Part shown: positions 9,940 through 17,928 of the stretch, piece by piece | Numbering within the stretch: position 1 is the stretch's first letter | Layout: every line of letters begins with the position of its first letter | Source: Alkalispirochaeta sp. | GTDB lineage: Bacteria; Spirochaetota; Spirochaetia; DSM-27196; Alkalispirochaetaceae | Assembly (NCBI GenBank): GCA_965601925.1 | Contig: OZ271854.1 | Span: 3,424,001 to 3,488,000 of the forward strand | Length of the DNA stretch: 64,000 bases | Direction: 5' to 3' | Made by a program: the position numbers and the translations under genes | The notes under the pieces: model-generated | Told to the model about the DNA's origin: nothing | Seen by the model: only the letters and a program-made list of their open reading frames with translations | The model's database searches: none

Positions 9940-10543
9940 GCCGTGTAATTGACCCCGGTCAATTCGGTGATGTTTTATCGCATTCCCTTTGAGACCAGGC
10001 CGAACTGACCTCCGCCCCGGTCAGTTCGTTGTTGCTTTGCCGCGCTCCCTATGAGAACAGGCCGAATTGACCTCTGCCCCGGTCAATTCGTTGGCGTTTT
10101 CTCGCATTCCCTTTGAGACCAGGCCGAACTGACCTCCGCCCCGGTCAGTTCGTTGTTGCTTTGCCGCGCTCCCTATGAGAACAGGCCGAATTGACCTCCG
10201 CCCCCGGTCGATTCGTTGGTGCTTTGCCGCGCTCCCTATGAGAACAAGCCGAATTGACCTCCCCCCCGGTCAATTCAGTGGTGCTTTGCCGCGCTCCCTA
10301 TGAGAACAAGCCGAATTGACCTCCCCCCCGGTCAATTCAGTGGTGCTTTGCCGCGCTCCCTATGAGAACAAGCCGAATTGACCTCCGCCCCCGGTCAATT
10401 CAGTGGTGCTTTGCCGCGCTCCCTATGAGAACAAGCCGAATTGACCTCCGCCCCGGTCAATTCGTTAGTGCTTTCCTACATTCCCTCTAAGAATGGGCCG
10501 AATTGACCTCTGCCTCCGGTCAATTCGGTGATGTTTTCTCGCA
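9940..10543. repeat. Tandem array of 10 palindrome-containing units, period 62-63 bp (first unit shorter)
   Basis: Units start at about 9940, 9999, 10061, 10123, 10185, 10248, 10310, 10372, 10435, 10497. Consensus GCC-GAATTGACC-(8-9 nt C-rich)-GGTCAATTC plus a 33-nt homologous linker. Confidence 0.97.
9947..9964. promoter_or_regulatory. Fnr-type box upstream of hcp (probable site of the adjacent Crp/Fnr regulator)
   Basis: AATTGACC-CC-GGTCAATT = TTGAC-N4-GTCAA. Centre 9955.5; a -41.5 geometry places the -10 at GAGAAT (9926-9921, minus strand). Confidence 0.75.
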
Positions 10544-10604
10544 GCATACTCGTGAGCGGTCGTGCACCGCCGTCAACATGTGCATATCTGGGAGTCGCTA
10601 CGTG

Positions 10605-11471
10605 CTACTCCGGCAGCCTCGTGTCGTTCGCGAACTCGTCGAGGTGCCCGCCGCAGCGGATCGCAATTCGTAGTTCCTCGTGGAGTCGGTCCAGGCGGTG
10701 TAATTTCCGCGCCATCTCCACCTCCGCGTCGTTTCGCCGAATGACGTCGGTGACGCCGCCACGGGACAGGACGATTCTTCTTGAGGCGGAGAGCGCCAGG
10801 GACGGGTCGTGGGTGACGACCAGTACGATCTTGTCGGCCCCGCTCAAGAACGCAATCGCCTCGTGACGGTTGATTCCGGCGTTCTCGATCTCGTCTATGA
10901 GGACGATCGGCGAGACCGAGAGGAGGGCCGTGTCGGCTATCATAAGAGAGCGGGACTGCCCGCCGCTCAGTTCGGTGAGCTCGCGATCGGCGTCGATGGG
11001 CTCCCCGGTCAAGCGGTTGGCCGCCTCGATCACTTCGCAGACGACCGACTCGTCCACCTCGATGCCGCGGCTCTCTCCGTGAAGCTCCAAAAACTCGCGT
11101 ACCGTCGCGTCCATGACGAAGTTCATGTTCTGCGAAAGCTGCGCGACCAACCGTCCGCCGCCGGCGTAGCGACGCGACAGATCGGGCTCCTCTCCGTTGA
11201 TGCGTATCGAGCGTCCCGTGGGCGTATCTCCCTGGGCGAGCCACTCGATGTCCGCGAGGAGACGGCTTTTGCCGCTGCCGGTGGAGCCGACGATACACAC
11301 CACCTCCCCGGAAGAGATCGTCAACTCCTCGTACGTCTCCGCCGCGCCGGACTTGTCGTGTCCCGGCAGGATCGTCACGGTCTCGACCTCATGCTCGTTA
11401 TGAAGTGTCTCCGATTCGCCGGTGAGTGCCGCGATCGCTTCCGCGACCGACACGTCGTTCGTCGTTTTCAT
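10605..11471 (-). CDS. ABC-type ATPase with no adjacent permease
   Basis: Walker A GSTGSGKS, signature LSGGQ, Walker B VLIDE, H-loop VTHD. Confidence 0.9.
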   Translation of the reverse strand: MKTTNDVSVAEAIAALTGESETLHNEHEVETVTILPGHDKSGAAETYEELTISSGEVVCIVGSTGSGKSRLLADIEWLAQGDTPTGRSIRINGEEPDLSRRYAGGGRLVAQLSQNMNFVMDATVREFLELHGESRGIEVDESVVCEVIEAANRLTGEPIDADRELTELSGGQSRSLMIADTALLSVSPIVLIDEIENAGINRHEAIAFLSGADKIVLVVTHDPSLALSASRRIVLSRGGVTDVIRRNDAEVEMARKLHRLDRLHEELRIAIRCGGHLDEFANDTRLPE

Positions 11472-12175
11472 GAATGGTAATCTCCCGAGGTGAGCTCGAT
11501 TGTCGTCACGTTGCCGATCTGGTGAGCCGATCCGATTCGCTCTTCTCCCAAACAGTAGCTACACACGGCGCTCGGCATGGGATAGCGCAGGCGCGACCCG
11601 GTCACGCCCGCCTGCTCCGGCGCCTCGTCACGCAACAGTCGCGCCAACTCGAACGCTCCCTGGCCGGTAAGGCCGTTGATCGGAAGAATGCGAGAGCGCG
11701 GATTGGCGGAGTGAACCCGGGAAGCGAAGACTTCGCGCTCCGCTTGGCTCACTACGTCGCCTTTGGTTACTACCACGACGTCGGCGGTACGGAGCATGGG
11801 GCCGACCTTACGCGGCGTGTTTATACCACTTAAGTTGTCGATGACCGCCACGGCGTAGACGTCGCGAATGTGGGGCGAACAGCGGTTGCAGAGCCCGGCG
11901 GACTCGGTGAAGAGGATCGAGAAGTCGTGGCGATCTCCCCACGCAAAGGTCCGCTCGATGTTACTGGCAAAGTAGTGGTCCGGGCAGATCGATCCGGATA
12001 GACCCTTCTGGACCGGAATGCCGGCCCGCTCGTACCGTTCGTCGTCGTCGGTGACCAAGCAGTCGAACTTGACTACACCGGTGGCGATCTCCATTCTCCG
12101 GAGCTCTTGAATCGTTTTGAGGATGACCGAGGTCTTGCCGCACGATGGAGGGCCGGCGATCGTAACGAGCTTCAT
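11468..12175 (-). CDS. G3E family (HypB/UreG-like) Cys-rich GTPase
   Basis: GPPSCGKT, CPDH, ESAGLCNRC, TKGD, C-terminal CSYC. Start at ATG 12175 (MKLVTIAG), overlapping the upstream stop. Confidence 0.88.
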   Translation of the reverse strand: MKLVTIAGPPSCGKTSVILKTIQELRRMEIATGVVKFDCLVTDDDERYERAGIPVQKGLSGSICPDHYFASNIERTFAWGDRHDFSILFTESAGLCNRCSPHIRDVYAVAVIDNLSGINTPRKVGPMLRTADVVVVTKGDVVSQAEREVFASRVHSANPRSRILPINGLTGQGAFELARLLRDEAPEQAGVTGSRLRYPMPSAVCSYCLGEERIGSAHQIGNVTTIELTSGDYHS

Positions 12176-13425
12176 GATATCTTCGCTCCTCGGTGCGGCA
12201 TGCGTCCGCCGGCGTCGGTGCGGTCGGCGACGAGGCGCGAAAAGGCGGCGGTCGTCCGCTCCAAGGTTCGCGGTAGTTCGTCGGACAACAGGAGGTCCCA
12301 GCCCGGCCACTGGAGCGGATGCGCCTCGGCGTCGAAATCGTCGTTTGCAGGGTGCGTGGAAGGAAAGAGTCCGAGACGCGTCAGGACGCGGCTCATCGAC
12401 TCACCGGCGATAACGTCGATGAGGGGCTGAATTTCCGGCCTGTCGGCTCGAGTAACCAGGAGAACCGGCGCCGTCAAGGCTCCGTCTTCGGGCCACACGG
12501 CGATCAACGGACTATCTTCGGTGATGGTCCGGGTAAAGAAGTAGGGCATGATGGTGATCGCCGGACGTTCGACGTCGTTCGTCGAGGCGGGACGGGCCGA
12601 GGAGATCATCTGGGCGGGGTGCATGGACTGAAACATATTACGGGCGAGTCTCTCGATACCTTCGGTCCCGAACGTGCGCTCGACACCGATAAGGAGTGAG
12701 TCGAAGAGGTCGAAGTCGCCGATCGGCAGCGCAAGGCTATTCTCGTACTCCGGCGAGAGGATCTCGGCCCAACTCTGCGGTACCGGCCTGTCTCCCAGAA
12801 GGTCGAGATTTACCATGAAGACTGCGGGAACCACCGAGATTACCGAAAAGGCTTTGTGCGGATCCGCCAATGAGTTGACCGTGCCGAGCGTGTTGAGCCG
12901 GGGCCACCCCGTGCGGTCTGCAAAGGCGCCGGAGTCTCTCAGCGAGCGAAAGCGCCGGTCGGTGAAGAACAGCCGGAACCCGGCGGAGAGAAAGATGTCC
13001 GGCAGATCGTCCACCGTCGGTTCCGACGAGATGTGCTCCTCCAGCCACTCCGTACCGGTGTATGCTGCTTGGAGGTTGCACGTCACCGCACTTCCCGTCC
13101 GTTCGCTGAACTGTGCTACGGCGCTCTCTAAGACGTTGGTCATCGGAATACGGATAGGGCATGGAACGAGGCCCGCAATCGTCACCGGGCGCGAGGCGCC
13201 GCTACCCCGTGCACCGTGTTTCGCCGCCCCGCGGAGTCGTAACAGGAGATCGGACGGCTCCAGCCCCACGGCTATCGCCGCCGAACGGACGGTGACGGCG
13301 ACGCCGAACCGCTCGAGCACGTCGCTATCCGTTATGCGCCGAAATCCCGCGTCGGCCAAAACGGGGATCGTCTGCGGAAATGCGCCGGTCACTTCGTATA
13401 TGGTGCTCGTCTCTTGTATCTTCAT
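12172..13425 (-). CDS. ABC substrate-binding-fold protein with N-terminal DUF1858-like domain and no signal peptide
   Basis: N-terminus STIYEVTGAFPQTIPVLADAGF; then GLVPCPIRIP, PQSWAEIL, VWPEDGA. No hydrophobic leader or lipobox. Confidence 0.75.
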   Translation of the reverse strand: MKIQETSTIYEVTGAFPQTIPVLADAGFRRITDSDVLERFGVAVTVRSAAIAVGLEPSDLLLRLRGAAKHGARGSGASRPVTIAGLVPCPIRIPMTNVLESAVAQFSERTGSAVTCNLQAAYTGTEWLEEHISSEPTVDDLPDIFLSAGFRLFFTDRRFRSLRDSGAFADRTGWPRLNTLGTVNSLADPHKAFSVISVVPAVFMVNLDLLGDRPVPQSWAEILSPEYENSLALPIGDFDLFDSLLIGVERTFGTEGIERLARNMFQSMHPAQMISSARPASTNDVERPAITIMPYFFTRTITEDSPLIAVWPEDGALTAPVLLVTRADRPEIQPLIDVIAGESMSRVLTRLGLFPSTHPANDDFDAEAHPLQWPGWDLLLSDELPRTLERTTAAFSRLVADRTDAGGRMPHRGAKIS

Positions 13426-13459
13426 GGTGTTACGATACGGAGCGAAAGACGATATGTAA

Positions 13460-13473
13460 TTGACCGGGATCAA
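13460..13473. promoter_or_regulatory. Second Fnr-type box, between the divergent binding-protein and Crp/Fnr genes
   Basis: TTGAC-CGGG-ATCAA; shares TGTAATTGACC with the hcp box. Centre 13466.5 is 41.5 nt from ATG 13425, with -10 TATCGT at 13437-13432. Confidence 0.75.
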
Positions 13474-13475
13474 GT

Positions 13476-14099
13476 ATGAACGATTTTTTTTCCGACCTGA
13501 GCGAGCGATCCATCGCCAAGCTGGAGGCAGCTCAGATAACGCGCACCGTCCCCGCCGGGGCGATGATTTTCCTCGAAGACGAGGAAGGGACGCAAATATT
13601 TCGCCTCTTGTCCGGTTCGATTCGGCTGTTTCGCACCGCGCCCGACGGTCGCGAGGTCACGATACACATGGTCCGACCCGGTGAACTCTTTGCCGAGATC
13701 GTCCTCTTCGAGCGTGATACCTATCCGGTCAGCTCGGTGACCGTTGAGGAATCGGTCGTGGCGATCATCCAGCGCAGGAGGGTACTGGCCCTCTTGGGCG
13801 ACGCGGCGTTTCGCGAGGAGTTCCTGCGTAACATCGTCGGTAAGATGCGCTTTCTCTCTCAACAGTTGTACATTTTGGCAACAATGGATGTCCGGCGTCG
13901 GTTGATTCGCTTTTTAGAGGTTCGCTACGGTCGAAAAGGTGCGATCGAGAGCGAGCTCTCCAAGCGTGACACCGCCGCAGCCATCTCCGTGCGTCCCGAG
14001 ACCCTCTCACGCACCCTCGCCGCCTTGAGCGACGAGGGGCTTTTGGAGTGGAAGGGCCGTCGGATTACCGTCGACGCCGCGGCGTGGAACGAGGTGTAG
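13476..14099 (+). CDS. Crp/Fnr family regulator (HcpR/Dnr-like)
   Basis: cNMP-fold GELFAE..YP; recognition helix RPETLSR; no Cys, so not Fe-S Fnr; adjacent to the hcp locus. Confidence 0.9.
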   Translation: MNDFFSDLSERSIAKLEAAQITRTVPAGAMIFLEDEEGTQIFRLLSGSIRLFRTAPDGREVTIHMVRPGELFAEIVLFERDTYPVSSVTVEESVVAIIQRRRVLALLGDAAFREEFLRNIVGKMRFLSQQLYILATMDVRRRLIRFLEVRYGRKGAIESELSKRDTAAAISVRPETLSRTLAALSDEGLLEWKGRRITVDAAAWNEV

Positions 14100-14227
14100 C
14101 GCAGCCGCTCTTTTGACGAGGCGGGCCGCGCAATACGAAGTGCGTGTTCATACCCGAGCCGGACCGTCGTCGCGATCACCGTGATCGAAAACGCCCCCTC
14201 TCGACCGGTATCGAGGGGGTAGACGAA

Positions 14228-15673
14228 TCAGCGTATGATCTCGCGCCAATCGAACCATTGACGCTCCGTATGGTTGTCCGACATCTGGTTGGCCACCGCG
14301 AGGCGATACCGCGGATCCTCCCAGGGGCTGCGCAGATTAAGGGGGGCGGCGCCGGCGGCCCCGTAGACCAACAGTTCGTTCTCGTCGAGGAAGACGATCT
14401 CTTCGCGGTAGTCGCCGACGAAGTCGAGGGCGTGGGCGTAGACGCGCATATCCTCGTGATGACGATCGACGACGTCCTCGTAGTAATTATCACGTATCTG
14501 AATACGAACACCGGCGACAACATCGTAGAGGCGTCCGTACTTTGAAGAAAAGACCTCGTCGATTCGGCGGTCACCGTCCCAGTCCATCGTGTACCCGTCG
14601 GTGACCTCCCGGTCGTGACGTAGGAGCTCTTCACCGGTGGCCGACAAAATTACCGCAAAGACGTCGTCGTCGTTGACGGGCCAGTGCACCAGTGTTTCGA
14701 ACCCCTCGCTATGCGGCGCAAACTCACCCACCGCTATCAGCTTGGCGTCTTCGTGCAACCCGGGCGACGACCATATCGGCGCGAGCGTAGCACCGTCCAG
14801 CATGGCGACGTGGAGGTGCTCGTAGGAGATCGCCACCTCGATGCCCTCGTGATCCGGGAGGAAATCGCCGGCGATCGCCTTATCGAGATGGTCGTAGTAT
14901 GGATCTTCGGCGCGCCACTCCTCGGGCGTCATGCGCATGGTTCGTTCACCCTCGGCGCTGTGCATGTACTTCGTCAGAAGCTCGTCGCGCCCGTCGCCGT
15001 CGCGATCGTAGGCCCACGGGTAGTGGGCGTATATCATCTCGCTGTCGTCGCCGTCTGTAGACCAGAGTAGATCGAGCCCGGCGTCGAAAACAAAGATGTC
15101 GCCCCGGCTGTTGCGCTCCTCGACTACGACCAACTCGGACGGGGTTCCGTCTCCGGCAAGGTCGGCTACGATCGTCTTCATACGTAGCGCCCGGTTTCGG
15201 TGATCGCTCTCGGGGTTGGCAATCGGCAGTGGGGCGACGGCCTCGATCGTACCCGTCGCTCCGTCGATCACGCGCATCTCCATCGTGCCCGACGCGGTCG
15301 CAAATGCGCCGGCGACCTCGGACATACCGTCGGAGTCGAGATCCCAGATGACATACTTATAGAAGTAGCGGTTTGAAGGGTGCGGCAGATCAAGCCCGCT
15401 CTCGTAGGTCCATAACAACTCAACCGTCTCGCCGTCGAAGGCGAAGGCTTGCATACGCGTTGAGTTAACGTGACGGACGAAATCGCGCGAATCACCGTCG
15501 TTATTCAGATCGCCGAAGTGTGCCGACGAACCGCGAAAATAGGCGTCTTCACTCGCGTATTCGCTGAGGTCGATGCTCAATTTGAGCTCCGGTTGTGGTA
15601 AGGAACTCGCCTGAGCAGCGAGGTGGCTCGTTGCCGCGATGAGCACCGAAAGTACCATTGCACACGTCTTCAT
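14228..15673 (-). CDS. Secreted beta-propeller protein with DxDxDG repeats, resembling PL11 rhamnogalacturonan lyase
   Basis: Signal peptide; GDLNNDG, WDLDSDGMSE, YDRDGDGRDE, DWDGD, LDFVGDYREEIV; SD AAGGAGG before ATG 15673. Confidence 0.6.
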   Translation of the reverse strand: MKTCAMVLSVLIAATSHLAAQASSLPQPELKLSIDLSEYASEDAYFRGSSAHFGDLNNDGDSRDFVRHVNSTRMQAFAFDGETVELLWTYESGLDLPHPSNRYFYKYVIWDLDSDGMSEVAGAFATASGTMEMRVIDGATGTIEAVAPLPIANPESDHRNRALRMKTIVADLAGDGTPSELVVVEERNSRGDIFVFDAGLDLLWSTDGDDSEMIYAHYPWAYDRDGDGRDELLTKYMHSAEGERTMRMTPEEWRAEDPYYDHLDKAIAGDFLPDHEGIEVAISYEHLHVAMLDGATLAPIWSSPGLHEDAKLIAVGEFAPHSEGFETLVHWPVNDDDVFAVILSATGEELLRHDREVTDGYTMDWDGDRRIDEVFSSKYGRLYDVVAGVRIQIRDNYYEDVVDRHHEDMRVYAHALDFVGDYREEIVFLDENELLVYGAAGAAPLNLRSPWEDPRYRLAVANQMSDNHTERQWFDWREIIR

Positions 15674-15965
15674 ATCCGCCTCCTTGTTCGTATTACCCAT
15701 TTTCATGGCGGATCAGTGAGACGTGAACCTGCAAAACGTTGAGAAAAGGTATCATTTCTTGATCTTTTCGCCGTTCCAACCCGACCTGCGGCGCAACGAA
15801 GGGCAAAACGTCGGCGCCCTCGGTCATCGAGGCGGTGCGTGTGGATGCAGCATGAGGTCCGTGGCGTCCACCGACTCCTCATAATCGCGACCGGTGCGAC
15901 GCGTCACGGTGCGTCGGAGCGGTACACGTCGCACCTCCGACATTCGGTGCTCTGAGTACGCGCTT

Positions 15966-17777
15966 TTAGCGTTCCACTTTCTCGCGCCATACCAGCTCGA
16001 TTCCCGCGCCTCCGTCGTCGAAAAAGCGGATCGATCCGCCGAGTTGCGCCGATAGGCTGCGAACTAACGATAGACCGAGACCCTCGGAGTGCTGATGCGC
16101 CCCGTTGTATCCTCGTCCGTTATCCCGAACTACCAGTGCGACGCTGGAGTCCGAGGTGCGTTCCAGATCGATCGAGATCGTGAGCGGCGATCGTGCGTCC
16201 CTATCCGCCGCGGCGTGCTTTAGACTGTTCGAGATCAGCTCCGTGGTAATAAGACCCAACGGTACGGCCGTGTCCATGCGTGCGTGTACGTGCTCGATCC
16301 TCTTTTCTATCGCCACCGGAGGTATGGGACGATCCACGCCTCCCTCAGCCGACGTATCGATCAACAGGGAATACAAATGGTCGATAAGCTCGCCGAAATA
16401 GGTGTGCAGTGAGACGCGCTCCACATCGTCGGTACGGTATAACTGCTTGTGTACCAAGCCGATCGCCCGACAGCGATTCTTGAGCGTCGAGAGCACCTCG
16501 TTCGTCGCCTTGTCGGCCGCGTCATTCATCTCCAGAGAGACGAGGCCTTCCAATACTTGAAGGTTGTTCTTGATTCGGTGGTGCGATTCGCGCATCAGCA
16601 TCGATTTTTGGCTCACGGTGCGCGATAGTTGATCGTTGAGCGCTCGCACCCTCGTCTCGGAGTGTTTTATCCGCCGGGCGTGAAATCCCAACAGCGCGGT
16701 AATCGTCCCTAAAACGACCAGGACGATCGCCGCGACCATCAGCGCGTCGCCGTGTTGCTCGACAAACGTCGGACGATGGTTGAGTACGGTCGCTCCCGGT
16801 GGAACGGCCGCCATGTGCGCGTCGTACCGCATGAGGCCCGGCTCGTTTACCACGTACGTGTTGGGACTCTCGGTGACCGGATCGACCTCGGACGGCGCTC
16901 TGCCGGAGAGGATCGCGAGCCCCTGATCCGCCATCGTCCAACCTTGCTTGTATCCGTCGGTCACATATCCCGCGGTAAGGCCGAGATGGATCGAGAAATC
17001 CCACGCGCCCAGAACCGGTACGGAACTCGACTCCGCGATCTCCGGAATAATCTCTTCAAAGTTGAGAAAGCCGTCGGCTTCGGTGTAGTGAAAGTGAAGA
17101 TACAACAAGACCGAACGAGCCGGGAGCGATCCGACGCGGCGACGCATATCGGTCCTGCTGTCGGGAATTAAGTAGTGGAAGCGCACCTCGTCGGCATACA
17201 CCGGCTCAAGTTCCCGTATCACGCCTCGGTGGGTCTCCGCGATAGCGGTTGTGTCGCCCAATACGTATACGTCGGTGGTGTCGGGCCACAATGAACGCGC
17301 CAGTTCGATGTTGGCCTCAATGTCGATGCCCTCCACGACTCCGGTGAGCCAATCGTAGGCGGAAAGGCCGCCCATCGCCGAGAGATGATCGATGCCGCTG
17401 AATACTACCGGCGCGTCGGGTGCTATCGCGTCGCGGTACTCCTTTACCAGCGTGAGCGCCGCGTCGTCCGACACCAACACGAGGTCGATTGACATGTCGC
17501 CGTAGCGGTCGGACAGAAACGCGACGAGCGTCTCCACGCTGACGGCGTCGGGGTTGCGTTTTACGTCGAGGTACTCGATGTACAGTTCCACGGACGCGGG
17601 GGAGGCTGCAAATCGTTCGTCGATTCCCCGTTGGATAGCCCGATTCCACAGGAGTGTCTGGTGATACGAGTGGACGATCAATACCGAAGCGCTCGGCGCA
17701 GTACCGGCTCGGAGAGCGTGCGGATGCACGATCGAAACCGCGACGACTACGAACGTAAGGATCGTTGTACGCTTCAT
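15966..17777 (-). CDS. Sensor histidine kinase (HisKA_2 type) with periplasmic binding-protein-like sensor
   Basis: IVHSYH sensor start, TM, H-box ESHHRIKNNLQ, ELISNSLKHA, DNGRG, GLGL. Confidence 0.9.
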   Translation of the reverse strand: MKRTTILTFVVVAVSIVHPHALRAGTAPSASVLIVHSYHQTLLWNRAIQRGIDERFAASPASVELYIEYLDVKRNPDAVSVETLVAFLSDRYGDMSIDLVLVSDDAALTLVKEYRDAIAPDAPVVFSGIDHLSAMGGLSAYDWLTGVVEGIDIEANIELARSLWPDTTDVYVLGDTTAIAETHRGVIRELEPVYADEVRFHYLIPDSRTDMRRRVGSLPARSVLLYLHFHYTEADGFLNFEEIIPEIAESSSVPVLGAWDFSIHLGLTAGYVTDGYKQGWTMADQGLAILSGRAPSEVDPVTESPNTYVVNEPGLMRYDAHMAAVPPGATVLNHRPTFVEQHGDALMVAAIVLVVLGTITALLGFHARRIKHSETRVRALNDQLSRTVSQKSMLMRESHHRIKNNLQVLEGLVSLEMNDAADKATNEVLSTLKNRCRAIGLVHKQLYRTDDVERVSLHTYFGELIDHLYSLLIDTSAEGGVDRPIPPVAIEKRIEHVHARMDTAVPLGLITTELISNSLKHAAADRDARSPLTISIDLERTSDSSVALVVRDNGRGYNGAHQHSEGLGLSLVRSLSAQLGGSIRFFDDGGAGIELVWREKVER

Positions 17778-17928
17778 CTTTTACTTTACTCGTTATAGAT
17801 GCGTCTCGCACGATAACTGTACACCCAATGTGCGGTGTAGGTACATCACTGCTCCGACGACAGTGCCGGTCGCGTCCGTTCGTGGGACGGGGGAGACGCA
17901 GGCGAAATGGTCGTGGCATAGTACACGA

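Noticed and set aside
9999..10526. CRISPR array (29-30 bp palindromic repeat + 33 bp spacer geometry)
   Set aside because: The 'spacers' are homologous to each other and several are identical, variation also falls inside the 'repeat' loop, and no cas gene is in the window. It is a tandem repeat.
10605..13425. Ordinary iron or polyamine ABC importer
   Set aside because: No permease in the locus and no export signal on the binding-fold protein.
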